Source: Callorhinchus milii | Taxonomy: Eukaryota | Assembly (NCBI RefSeq): GCF_018977255.1 | Contig: NW_024704743.1 | Location: 43,402,001-43,466,000 of the forward strand | Length of the DNA: 64,000 bases | Reading direction: 5' to 3' | In this document: positions 49,787-62,128 of the stretch, piece after piece | Layout of the letters: each line of letters begins with the position of its first letter | Position numbering within the stretch: position 1 is the stretch's first letter | The notes under the pieces: model-generated | What the model saw: only the letters and a program-made list of their open reading frames with translations | What the model was told of the DNA's origin: nothing | Database searches by the model: none | Program-made: the position numbers and the translations under genes

Positions 49787-50085
49787 AGAGTCCTGTAGCT
49801 CAGTGGTTAGAGCACTTGACTCATAAGTGAGAGGACCTGGGTTCAATTCCTGGCAGGCTGAAACGTTGGGCAAGTTTCTTTACTCCACACACCTCTTTTT
49901 ACCTAGCATTAAGTAGGAACCTGGTTGTTAGTCGATTGGCAGATCGCTTTTCCGGGGGTAATAATTCCTTCAGAAAAAAATAATAATAATAAATCGGTCT
50001 CTCCAAGCTCGTCGTTATTAAGCGCTCCGAGACGTTATCGTACGTGAAGGGTGCTATATAACTGCAAGTTATTGTTACCATTACC
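49787..50085 (+). mobile_element. Long-class SINE 5' half joined to a different L2-type tail
   Basis: SINE head and body run to ~49995, then AAGCGCTCCGAGACGTTATCGTACGTGAAGGGTGCTATATAACTGCAAG. Confidence 0.8.
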
Positions 50086-50504
50086 ACTATGTTTTTAACC
50101 TTGTTGGAGACTTAGAAAGAAGTACTTGGATTTCATGATCATATCAATAGAAATCGTATCAGATGAATTTTATTTTTGTAGAATTTAACTCAAAACTTCA
50201 TGATATTTATTACCAGTCATAACAAGTAGCTTTAATTACAGTTCAGATTCCTATTATAATGAGGTATTCCTGTACAACGTTATTCAATTTCAACTTGGTT
50301 CTTTGACTCCTTCGTATCACATTTTAATCTATGTTAAGTGGTGTTTACCTTACTATCCATCTCATTACTGCATGCAAAATGCTTGAATCCTGAAGATTAT
50401 GCTACAATTAGAGTTGAGTGTAACTGAAGACTATGACATTTAACAGGTAACTGAATAAATTGACATTAACACCTGTAGAATTCAGAGTTGCACAACCATA
50501 TAGG

Positions 50505-50665
50505 AAAAGGGGATGTGCTTGGTAACGGAATGTCAGAATCAAGCCAACCCTCTGTGGCGGTTTCAATAGCCCAGCTCCTGAGCCAGGCAAGACCACAGTA
50601 GTCCAAGGCACTGATGATGACAAATGAGCCAATCTGGATCATTTGTAGGACTTGGAAGGACACAC
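50505..50665 (-). repeat. Repeat family X, copy 4
   Basis: Minus strand CAGTGCCTTGGACTACTGTGG...GCTCAGGAG...CCACAGAGGGTTGGCTTGATTCTGACATTCCGTTACCAAGCACAT. Confidence 0.8.
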
Positions 50666-51338
50666 TGAGCTATTTGTGGAACATAACTGTGCACAAACTG
50701 ACTGCTATATTCGCCTACAAAATATACAATCCATAAGATTTAAAATAAATCCTGTAGAGTCCTTTGAGACATGCTCCTGATGTGAAAGGAGATACTGTAT
50801 ATCAAATGCAAATATTTTTATTATAATTAAGTAAGTTCTTAGAGGGTGGGTTCAGTATACTTTAGATTTAAACTCACAAATCACTTTGAATTTACCTTTT
50901 CCAGATGTGCAGAATTTACATTGAATGAACCATAATCCAAATATTTCACGGTGAGTCCTCTCGCTCCCACCGGCTCGACATTGTACTCCGCCACAATACC
51001 AAGTGCTCTGGGACGTTACCCTGTGTGAGGGGCGCTATATAAATACAAGTTGTTGTTGATGTTGTTGCTGCCATTGAAGAAGATTTCAATCCTTGGGAGC
51101 TCTGGTGATTAGTTTTTCTCTGCAAGAGAATCTGTGGGTAAGATATGAAGAGAAGTTTTCTTGTTTTTGTGAGCTATTCCTCATTGACTGGTTTGACAGT
51201 GGTTATGGTACAGAGACTATGTCTCTAATCTTCTACAAGATCAATTGTTTCTTGGTTGACACAAGGAATAGTAAAAAGAATCAAAATTTCACTTCAACAA
51301 TCTAACTTGTAGAAGAAGGGAAAATATTGTGCTCTTTC

Positions 51339-51660
51339 TAATAATAATAATAATCCTTGCATTTGATATAGCGCTTTTCGCATCTTCTAGACGTCTCAAA
51401 GTGCTTCACAGAATATACTGTAAAGTGAATTGACTGTATATTTATGGGCAAAATGCAACAGCAGTGTCCTACAAACAGTCGTGGATTGAGTGACTAAATC
51501 ATTATTGTTTTTTTCTTGAGGGATTATTATCAGGCGTGTGGAGTAAGGAAACTTGCCCAAGGTTTCTCCCTGCTGGGAATCAAACCCAGATCTCTCGCTT
51601 GCAAGGCGAGTGCTCTAACCCACTGAACTACAGGACTCCACTGAGCTATAGGACTCCACT
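51339..51660 (-). mobile_element. tRNA-Ala SINE, short class, with a tandemly duplicated 5' end
   Basis: Full body, plus CCACTGAACTACAGGACT-CCACTGAGCTATAGGACT-CCACTG. Confidence 0.92.
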
Positions 51661-51701
51661 GGCCCAGAATTAACTTTCAAATTTACAGGCTTTGTACAGG
51701 A

Positions 51702-53500
51702 CAACAACAACTTGCATTTATATAGCACCGTTCATGCAGGGTAGCATCTCAGAGCACTTGATAGCTGAGCTATGGGGTGGGCGGAGGTGACCGTAAGCAT
51801 ATTCGAAGAGGAAGGTCTTAAGGGGGAACGAGGGGCAATTCGGAGGGGTAGAGGAAGAGTGTACAGAGTTTTGGGGAGCAGTGGCTGAAAGTGCAGCTGC
51901 CAATGGTGGAAAGGAGGGCACGAGGGACATGTAGGAGGCCTGAGCCAGTCGAGCGGAGGCAGTGGGTAGTGGGTTGGGTGGGTAAGCAGGTTGGAGAGGT
52001 AGGGAGGTTCCAGAGCATGAAGGGATTTGACGATGAGTGTCAGGATCTTGAAATCGATCTGTTTGGTGATAGCGAGCCGGTGCAGCCTGTCTAGAACTGG
52101 TGTGATGGAGGTATGGAGTTTAATGTGGGTGAGTATGCAGGCAACAGAGTTCTGGATTAACTGGATTTTGTGGATTGTGGAGCTGGAAGACCGGTGAAGA
52201 GGGTATCAGATTAGTTGAGGTGGGAGGTGACGAACGCATGGACAAGGGTTTCAGCTGCATTCGGAGTACAATGTGGTCAGAGGCGGGCTACGTGGCAGAG
52301 GTGGAAGGCAGTCCTGGTCAGGGACAAAATATGGGATTGGAAGGACAACCGGAGGATCGAACCTGATGCCTCGTTTGCACACCGATTTGGTAAGTCTGAT
52401 AGATAGGCCTGGGTGGGGGGGGCGGGCTTGAGGCGATTAGAGTCGCAGAAGCCTAAACTTATTGCTAGATCTTGTTCCTCCCAACCTGTGTAATCTCCTT
52501 CAGCCTTACTCTTCTGCTTGCCTCTTCTACTTGGTGAATGCAGACTTGTGGCACATTCTCTGTCCCATCCATCCCACCATTGGCAGCCGAGCACTATGCA
52601 GTGCTCCGAGACAAGACCCTGCGTGAAGGGCACGAAAAAATGCAAGTTGTTATGGTTATATGCCCCTATCCTCAGGATCTCCCTCACTCAAACCCTCTGT
52701 CTCAACCTTCTCTGTCTGACTTCAAGAGGCATCTAAAAGCTTATTATTTCGACTGTACCTATCGCTTGATTGCCCCCTTCTCCACCTCTTCCAACCCATT
52801 GTTCATTTCCGGCACAGAGTGTGTAAAGCCCTCAGAGGCAACAACAAATTGCATAGATATAGTACGTTTCACGTCAGGATGACGGCCCTTGGTTCTGGAC
52901 AGTCAAGGGTTTGCACCCGAGCTGGATGTTGGAATCAAGAGGGATGGAGACTAGGTGGGTGGGAGGATGACCAAAGGCACGATCAATGAAAAAGGACTTT
53001 GAGATGCGCCTTGAAGGAGGCAAGGAGGGGTAATGCAAAGGGATTCCAGAATGGAGTTCCAGAGGCTGGGAACAGAATGGCTGAAGGCGCGAGTGCCGAT
53101 GGTGGGCTGGGCAGGTTGGGGACATGGAGGAGGCCACCCTAAGGTTTTAGTGGGTCACAGAAGTAGGGAGGAGCAAGACTTAGGAGGACTTTGAAAATGA
53201 GGATGAGGATCTTAAACTCAATGCTCTGGGGAGGATAGGGTCAATCAATTCATGGAGTTTGGAGCGGGAGAGGACACGGGCTGCAGTTCTGAACAATCTA
53301 CAGCTTGTGGAGGGAAAAGTTGGGAAATCGGGCGAGCAAGGTGATAGCATAGTCAAGCCTGGATATGATGAAAGCATGGATGAGGAGCTCAGAAGCCTGA
53401 GGGAGAGGTAGTGGCAGAAGCGGGCAATGTTGCAGAGGTGGAGGAAGGCGAACCAGGTCATGGCATAGATGTGGGGTTTAAAGGATAGTTGAATCATTTC
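51702..53500. mobile_element. Cluster of L2 fragments (~51702-52450 minus, ~52520-52835 plus, ~52838-53500 minus)
   Basis: L2 ORF2 C-terminal motifs (e.g. HIYAMTWFAFLHLCNIARF) and several L2 tails. Confidence 0.85.
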
Positions 53501-53694
53501 CTTCATGAATGGCGCTTATAAATGTGAATTGTTGTTGTACTTGATAAGCGTGAAGTAAATGTTAATCCATTTCACAGATGAAAAATGCTTCCATTGCAGG
53601 TAATTTCTTTTCACAATGTTTTATTCACTTCTTATTCAATTCAAGCTAATAATTTTCATTGGAATACCAGTGTGTAGACTTTATTTTCGATGCT

Positions 53695-54004
53695 GATAAT
53701 AATAATAATCCTTGCATTTGATATAGTGCTTTTCATGTCTTCTAGACGTCTCAAAGCGCTTCAGAGAATATACTGTAAAGTGAATTGACTGTATATTTGT
53801 GGACGAAACCCGGCAGCCAATTGCGCACAGCAGTGTCCCACAAACAGTCGTGGATTGAAATGACCAATTTATTATTTTTTTCTTGAGGGATTATTATCAG
53901 GCGTGTTGAGAAAGGAATCTTGCCCAAGGTCTCACCCTGCTGGGAATCGAACCCAGGTCTCTCACTTGCGAGGTGAGCGCTCTAACCCTTAGCTACAGGA
54001 CTCC
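53695..54004 (-). mobile_element. tRNA-Ala SINE, short class, full length
   Basis: Head has a CGC anticodon (CTCAC-CTCGCAA-GTGAG) and a canonical T arm CTGGG-TTCGATT-CCCAG. Confidence 0.93.
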
Positions 54005-54189
54005 ACAATAGCAACAGGACTATCTCAGAACCATGTTTTTTCTTCAGGGGAAATGTACCAGTTCACACTGCATTTTGTAGCTGTACTTTAATGTGCAAGG
54101 CAATTGCTAATGGTGCTTTGTGAGATAGTTATGAAAGAAACAGCATTTTACAAAGTACCACGGTAAAAGTGCCATTCGAAACACTATTA

Positions 54190-55060
54190 ACTATAATAAA
54201 TAAAATAATTTTTACATTTGATTTATTATCTTTTATGTCTGTTTATTTCAAAGTGTTTCACAGTGTATATTGTAAACTGTAGTGATTGTGCTTTATAGGC
54301 AAATGTGGCAGCCAATTTGCACACATAAATGTGCCATAAACAGTCATGCGATGAAAGACACAGTCCCAATATGAATCTATGTATAGCAATCGAAAATTGG
54401 ACCCTGGCTGATTCCAACGTTTAAACTCATCCGAAACACAACACATCTAAACAATGAAGCACACCTCCAGCACTATATTTGGGTGTCAGCCTAAGCTATG
54501 TGAGTTCAAAGTCCCAACTTGGAGTTCGAATCGTAACTTTCTGACCCGGAGGTGAGAGCCAGGATGATACACTGAACTCTACAGCTTTCCTACAGGTTAA
54601 GCAGTTCTTTCATTATGACAATCATTAGCCAACCTCTTCTAAATTTGATAACAATGGTTTAGATTATATATTTAAAGTGTAGCATAAAGCATACCTGCTT
54701 TATACTACACTGTGTTGTGATTTCATGTTCAAAATAATCCCTTATAATAATAATAATATTCCTTGCATTTGATATAGCGCCTTATCATGTCGTTGAGACA
54801 TCTCAAAGTGCTTCACAGGATATACTGTAAAGTGGAGTGACTGTGTACTTTGTGGATGAAATGCGGCAGCCAATTACGCACAGCAGTGTCTCACAAACAG
54901 CCATGAATTGAGTGACCAAATTTTTTTTTTTGGAGGGATTATTACCACCGGAATGCGATCCGCTAATCGACTAACAACCGGGTTCCTTCTGACTGCTAGG
55001 TGAATGGAGATGAGTGGAATAAGGAAACTTGGCTAAGATTTTGCCTTGCCCAGGAATCGA
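54190..55060 (-). mobile_element. DeuSINE (~54190-54570) and long-class tRNA SINE (~54743-55060)
   Basis: Shared 3' tails. The second contains CGCTAATCGACTAACAACCGGGTTCC, the reverse of the long-class insert. Confidence 0.82.
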
Positions 55061-56649
55061 TTGTTGTGATTGTGGTTTTGTAAATCTTTGTTGTCTGGAA
55101 AGAAAATGCCTTAAGTAGTTTTAAAATAATAGCTACCTAAGAAATAAGACTAAACAAATCAGTTATGTAACTACAAAATATATTGCTTGTCAGCCTCATA
55201 AAGAACATTGTCGGCAGCTGTAAGTCCCAAAACCGCTGCATTCATATTAATCTTTCTCATTTTTATGAGGTACTCTGTATAAATATTTAACCAACAAAAT
55301 AAATAAAATTCAGTGAAGTAGAAATTAAATAAACGAGTTATACAAACGCCTACTTTTCTATTTAATGCGCTATGAATAAACATTGGTTTGAATTCTAATT
55401 AAAAATAACACTTAGAAGATCTCTATATTGAAGATTAATTGCATCCACAGCGCAATATAATGCAACAAATTATGTTCCCATCATTTTATAAATTGTGTAA
55501 TTACGGTAATACACTGCTTTCTGAAAGTTTTGCAATCTGACAATTATTTGCTATAATCTTATTAATAGACAGAGTCGGAGTTTTCATGTTATTTTGTTTA
55601 TAAATAAAGGAAACTGTTGGTAATATGTAAAGTACACTGACTGTATTGTTGTCCAGTTTTGAAAAATGGATTTCTTGGTAAATGTTTAATGGCTAATTTA
55701 TCAATAGGACCATGATCAAGCATCCTCTCCTGAAAGCCTGATGTTCCACAATCCCCAGTGCTTGCCTTACAGATAAAATGTCACCGTAAGATCCACAGTG
55801 TACATTGCAAGGACTATTGCTGAATAGAAACAATTTTAAAACTGCAATAGTATCTTGGATTCAGATAACTGAAAAGCCTTCAGGCTTCACTCTTTTGGTT
55901 TATGACATGAACTCAAGTCTGATTGCTGCCTTAGTAATCACTCCCATCCACATGTCCGTGTCTGCGACACTTTCTAATTGTTTTAAATGTTTCCTTTTTA
56001 AATTTTAATTATAGATGTGAACATTTACAGTTACACTTCCAACTACAATTAACCCTTTGGGGTTATATATAGAAGCACCATCCAGCAATGCAGGAATTTA
56101 TTCAAAGCGATGCCTAAAGGAAACGGTTTTATATACTTCATTCCATTTTTCCAATTCTGTTTCATAATAATCTGAACAGCTCTTTTCTCTACTGACATGT
56201 GCAATATTAAATTGCCTCCATTGTGTGTCATAAGTACAAACATTATATATTTAAATAACTGTGGTTTCCAAGAAACGGATAAAGCAATTCATTTTATCAG
56301 GTTAGTGTTATATTTCTCAAAATGTGTTAACAGCATGCGTTTCATTAAAAGTTAGCTGCATTCCACTATTTGAAATTCTCATCTGTTGACATTGAAAATA
56401 CATGACTCATAAGACAGAAGGAACCAAAGCATTTTTACCAGAAACAGATCATTTTGCAGAAGCTATATGATGGAATGTTTGCCCATTATGAAAGCTGCTC
56501 AGGAAATCCAGTACTCAAAGGAATAACTTATATTTCCTAAAGAAATTTAGGAATAACTTATATAAAGAATAACTTATATTTCCTGTCTGAAGAAATACCT
56601 GCTAATCTTACGTATAATAAAACATTCTATAATGAAATTGTGAAAACTA

Positions 56650-57552
56650 GAAAACAAGAATCCCTTTTTCCTTGAATTGGCCTCTGGGTTGGTTTTGTTT
56701 TCTCTGTTTTTCCACCTCTCCTTGGAGGAAACTAGATGACCAGCATGAGCAAAGATAAAAAAGGTGTGTGTTATTAGGGAGGAGGAATAGGGGACTTGTA
56801 TTTGTCCTGGGAGTGAATTTGATGGATATCTGGGCTTTCTCTTTTGATTCTAACTATGTATCCAGATATCTATGTAAATCAGTTGATAGATTGTTTCTGA
56901 TCTGAACATGTCTAAACTAAGAGTGCCTGAAACCACTATTTCTTCAGCCACATCAACCATACTTCTGCACAACTGCCAAAAAGATTCCATAGAGGGAAAA
57001 AGATAGTCAGGTGAAAGCACATATGGTACATTGGAATGTGAACAGAGTGGCTCAGTTGGTAGTACTCCCACCTCTGCTTAAGAAGGTTGTGGTTTCAAGC
57101 CCCATGTCAGGACTTGGAGCTCATATAGTCTATATTGACACTCCAATATAGTGCTGGGGGTGTGCTTCATTGTTGGAAGTGCCATCCTTTGGATGAGGTG
57201 TTAAAACAAGTTGTATAACCAGCATGAGCAAAGATGTGTAGGTGTATATTATTAGGAAGAGGGAATGGAGGACTTGTCTTGGGAGCAAACTTAATGGACA
57301 TTTGGGCTTTCTCTTTTGCTGGAAGCTGTGTATCTAGATACCTATGTAAACCTGCAAGAAGGTATCATAGCCAACAATCCCCTAAATAGAATTGGTTGTT
57401 CATGGCTGTTTGTGGGACAATGCTATGTGCAAATTGGCTTTCGTGTTAATCTACAAAACACAGTCACTCACTTTACAGTATATCCTGTTACACACTTTGG
57501 ATGTTGTCCTGATGTGAAAGGTGCAATACTAAATGCAAGAATTATTATTTTT
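56650..57552 (+). mobile_element. CR1-like 3'UTR (~56650-56880), DeuSINE (~57045-57552) and a second copy of the same 3'UTR (~57215-57355) inside the SINE
   Basis: ACCAGCATGAGCAAAGAT...TGGGCTTTCTCTTTTG...CTATGTAAA occurs twice. SINE head TGGCTCAGTTGG. Confidence 0.72.
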
Positions 57553-57934
57553 ATGTAAGAATGCAAATTCTATCAATGTGGTGTGAAAACTTTACATGAT
57601 ACACTGTTAAGTGACTGACTACGTATTTTGTGGACGCATATTATTATTATTCTTCCATTTTATCATTGTTTGACTCAATAACATCAGAGCATAATCATTA
57701 CAAGTAAGATCCTGGAGAGAAATGTTTCTCAATGAAGATTCGCAAGAAGCTATTTTATAAAAACAGATATCTGAAAGGTCAAACAACATCCAGGTAATAA
57801 TGGGAGAACCCAACAGGAACAATGTGATACAATCTTACCACAAAAGGGCAACATCATCCCTTGAGAATGACAGGTAGTAATTTGTAGCTTAAGTAAACTT
57901 GTTTCATTAATCCCTAGACTGCATGGAAATAATA

Positions 57935-58160
57935 CTATTAATATTAATAATTCTTGGATTTGATACAGCACCTTTCACATCGGGAGGACATCTGAAAGCT
58001 CTGTACAAGATTCACTCCAATGTGTAGTGACTGAATTTTGTAGGTGAACATGGCAGCTAATTTGCGTATGGCATTGTCTCACAAATAGCCACAAAGTGAA
58101 TGACTAATTTAATATTTAGGGGATTGATGGCGAAGACATTTGGAGAAACTCCCAGTGTGC
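57935..58160 (-). mobile_element. DeuSINE 3' half
   Basis: Shared tail sequence and GGAGAAACTCCC. Confidence 0.75.
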
Positions 58161-58759
58161 ATCAAATTTTCCAGCTAAAAATTGAACAACCCATATTAAA
58201 ATCTTTGTTTTATATTTTTTNCCCATAAAAATGGTAAGTGTTTGTGGCATTTCAACCTGCCAAAATTCTGAACAAAAAGTAAAATTTGAAATTACTCTAT
58301 GAGAAGAAAAAATTACAACAATCTGCATCTTTGGGATGCTGAAATTCAGCAAATCGTGAACAATATTAGCAAATCAGAAGGGAAATATTTTAAAAGCATT
58401 GGCTTAATTTATAAGATGAACATATTCCTGCACGATTAGCCTTTAAAGTCAATGCATAGCAAGATATCGTTCCTGAAGCCTGTTCCAAGTCCAACGTATT
58501 GAAAAAAATATTTTTAGTCTTACTTTTATTTTGTTCTTTCTTTTTACATTGAATTCTGTCTCAAATACATTTAATGTAAATACAGTATACAGAAGGACTG
58601 AACTCTAAATGTTGAATTTAGGGCAAAGCATTTATCTTCCACACTGACATCTATCAACTTCCTTCAGGTTCACACAATATTGATTCTTCTGAATAAATCT
58701 GTAAACCTTGGCCTCTTCCATGCTCTTTGATGAGCAATGATAATCTTATTAATAATAAT

Positions 58760-59178
58760 ACAACAACAACAACAACAACAAGATTCCACTTATTGAGCGC
58801 CTTTCACGTCAGGAGGATGTCCCAAGGCGCTGTACAGTTGGGTCAGGACCCGAGCAGGGGGGAAATGGTCAGGGTGAGGGGAGGGAAGGGAGGGAGCGAG
58901 GAGGGGGTAGAGAGTTGAGAGGGGAGCTGAAGGCACGGTCAAAGAGAAAGGTCTTGAGACCGGCCTTGAAGGAGGAAAGGGAGGAGGCGGCGAAGGCACT
59001 GGGGGATAGAGTTCCAGAGCCTAGGGGCTGAGAGGCTGAAGGCCCGGCCACCGATAGTAGGGCGGTTGGGGTGGGGGATGTGGAGCAGACCGGAGCCAGA
59101 GGAACGGAGGGTACGGGCGGGTAGGTAGGGGGATAGTAGGTCGGAGAGGTAGGAGGGAGCAAGGCCGTGAATGGCCTT
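58760..59178 (-). mobile_element. Young L2 3' fragment inserted into a SINE tail
   Basis: [63 protein letters not shown]. Flanked by (TAA)n on the left and the rest of a long-class SINE (59179-59390) on the right. Confidence 0.93.
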
Positions 59179-60269
59179 ACATTTGATACAGCACCTTATC
59201 ATGTCTTCTAGACATCTCAAACCGCTTCACAGAATATAATGTTCACAGAATACTTTTTAAAGGGATTATTATCCCTGGAAAAAATGATCTGCCAATTGAC
59301 TAACAACCAAGTTTCTCCTTACTGCTATTCCAATAAATGGAATCTTGTTGTACTGGTGGGTAAACAGAGGTGGAGTAAGGAAATGTACTTTCAATGTTAC
59401 TACTCTTCTGCTTCTATCACCATTCTGGACCTCACTATGGCTTCCAATTTCAAGTTAAATTCTCACATCTCCTTCATTGCTAAAGTACACAAAAGACATT
59501 TGAATAATGAAAATATGATTAAGCAATCAAGGAGAAAAAAAACCATTGTTTTCTTCAGGTATTTTATATATTGTATTAATTTTCTATTCTATCGTGGTAG
59601 CAATAAGCAACCAGTAATGAATCTTCTTCACAAGGACTGACTAAGACAAAGCGAATGACCTGTGCATTCCAGTCTGTTTCAACTTGTGCATCATCCAATT
59701 GCCCTTGCAAATTCTGTATTTAGAGATCGAATTCCATTAGTAGTGCTGTGCCTGTGTTTCTTGTACATCCCTTAGTGTTGTTATTCTGCAGCTTTCAATA
59801 GGTTAGTCATTTGGAAACAAAAGCTGAATGTTCTAAAATTGCTCTGTAATAGCCACATTCTTTTGTAAAGGCTGAAAGGGAACAGCATTGGACTACACAT
59901 TAAATCCAGAAAACAAGTAAAAATGCATTTCAGAGTTAAATGAAAGTATTTTAGTGAGCAGGGTGTGCTGGTGCATTGTACTTTCAGGCTGAGCCCAGCC
60001 CAGCCTCAATCTCAGCTCCAGACCAGACTCAGCTCCAGCCCAGACTGTAAGGGCTACTGTCTCATCTGTCTTTTAGAATCCTATTTTTGCAGCATAAAAT
60101 ACAAGTGGGTATGTGAATACAGGACAATGATTAATACAGCACCAAATCAAAATCTCACTTGGTGGGGCCAAAGGACAATGGATATGGCAAATGGTAAATG
60201 TCATATGAGTGCAGTAGAAGATGCTGTTGAAGGTGCTCTTCTGAGAATGGGCTAATAATAATACTAATC

Positions 60270-60710
60270 CTATAATCATCATTACATTTGTTAAAGCTTC
60301 TTTCAAGTTGGGAGGCCAACCCAAAACACTTCACAGGATATACTGTAAAGTGCAGTGACTGTGTATGTTTCGTGGGCAAACACGGCAACCAATTTGCACA
60401 CAGCAATGTGCCTCAAACAGCCATGGAGTGAGTGACACATTTTATTTGGGAGATTGTTGGTTAGGTCACTGGAAGAAACACCCTTCTCAGTTCGAATATT
60501 GCCATGGGATCTTTAACATCCACCTGAACGGACAGGTGGGGCCTCGGTTTATTATCTCATCTAAAGGACAGCACTTCCAACAATACAACAAAACCCAAGT
60601 ATTGCATTGGATGTCAACTTAGACTATATGAATTCCAAGTCCCACAGGGGGTTTGAAACCACAACCTTCTGACTCATAGGTAAAACTACTACTAATTGAG
60701 TCTGAGTGAC
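60270..60710 (-). mobile_element. DeuSINE, near full length
   Basis: GCCATGGGATCTTTAACATCCACCTGAACGGACAGGTGGGGCCTCGGTTT Deu core. Confidence 0.88.
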
Positions 60711-61806
60711 ACAATAGAGGATACAGAGCTTCAACTGCATCTAACCTGCACAGCATCTGACCTTGAAGTGTCGGATTTTGAAAGCATACCTTTTCCCACC
60801 CCTCACCTTGATAAGCACTACGTTTACTGTAAAAATATATATTAAAAAAATAAACGGTGATAAAAAAGTAACAAGTTAGCTTGACTGAGCAGATTCCATT
60901 GCAGTGGATCTCTTGACTATATTGAATCTGGTATTGAAGTCTATGAAGTAAACAATTTGAATTTTTATAGCACCTTATCATATCAGTATAATGTGCCAAA
61001 GCAGTAATTACTGTCAGTCTAGTGACTTTGTTTGTAGGCAAGTAGCCAACCATCACTAACTGTTAAGGACCACACATTAATAAGTGGCTTTTGAATGAGG
61101 TATCAGAGATTGCTTGGCACCTGTCCTCAATAATATTGCATCAAATATCTTCCTGCAAGAAGAGATAATTAGTAAATAAGATATTTTGTGCAATATATTC
61201 TATCAATTAGCATTTTCTGCTGGGGAATCCACAAACAAATCTAATCTTAGTTCTAGGTCACAGGGTTTAGAATAGTTAAAATGTTCTAGTAGACAGACAT
61301 GAATTGGTTTGGCAAGGTTTACAAATGTACTGACAGGCACTATTCAAGTGTCGTTATTCTGTCACAAGAAACCTCTTTGTGATTCAAGTGTACTGAATGC
61401 AGAAGAAGTACTTTAAAATGATATTTTCAGTGAGAGAACACAAAGGATTGTCAGTGTAGCTGAAAGCTCATTGCGAGTATCACAATAGTCTGCTCTGTTT
61501 TCTCAAAGATGATTTTGGTTTTTGTAAAGGCTTTTGTTTCCTCTGATAGTGTGTATACTGAGGAAGGTCAAGACTTTGAGACATTCACGCTGAGCGTGAT
61601 AAAACCTCTTGAGGTGTTCCACGTAATTTGGTTTTTTTTGAGCAACGTGATTTTAAACAAGATAGAAATAAGGTCAATCTGCTTTTATTTTCCTTTTTCA
61701 ATCGTGAAAACTGGGGGTCATCAGAACTTCAATAATAAGACTTCCTATAGAGCAAGTAAAGTAGAATTCACACTGTGAATGGGCATTATTGTCATATAGG
61801 ACTCGT

Positions 61807-62128
61807 GGAGTCCTGTAGCTCAGTGGTTAGAGCACTCGCTTTGCAAGTGAGAGACCTGAGTTCAATTCCAGGCAGGACGAAACCTTGGGCAAGTTTCCTT
61901 ACTTCACACGCCTAATAATAATCCCTCCAAACCCAAAAAACAAAAATCAATTGGTCATTTTCAATCTACGACTGTTTGTGGGACATTGCTGTGCGCAATT
62001 GGCTGCCGCATTCGCCCACAAATATACAGTCAATTCACTTTACAGTATATTCTGTGAAGCGCTTTGGGACGTCCTCCCGATGTGAAAAGCGCTATATCAA
62101 ATGCAAGGATTATTATTATTATTATTAT
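61807..62128 (+). mobile_element. tRNA-Ala SINE, short class, full length
   Basis: Complete head, body and (ATT)n tail. Confidence 0.95.

Noticed and set aside
55194..55219. Plus-strand microexon (cag|CCTCATAAAGAACATTGTCGGCAGCT|gtaagt)
   Set aside because: It is 26 nt with a weak polypyrimidine tract, an unrecognised peptide and no partner exons.
56520..56585. GAATAACTTATAT x3 (also short tandem duplications at ~1772-1813 and ~41431-41472)
   Set aside because: These are ordinary slippage duplications, too short and irregular to form an array.
58221..58221. Single N base
   Set aside because: This is an assembly ambiguity or join rather than a biological feature. Continuity across it is uncertain.
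60807..60826. Minus-strand 20-nt exon candidate
   Set aside because: The splice-like sites are present, but the peptide is unrecognisable and cannot be distinguished from chance.
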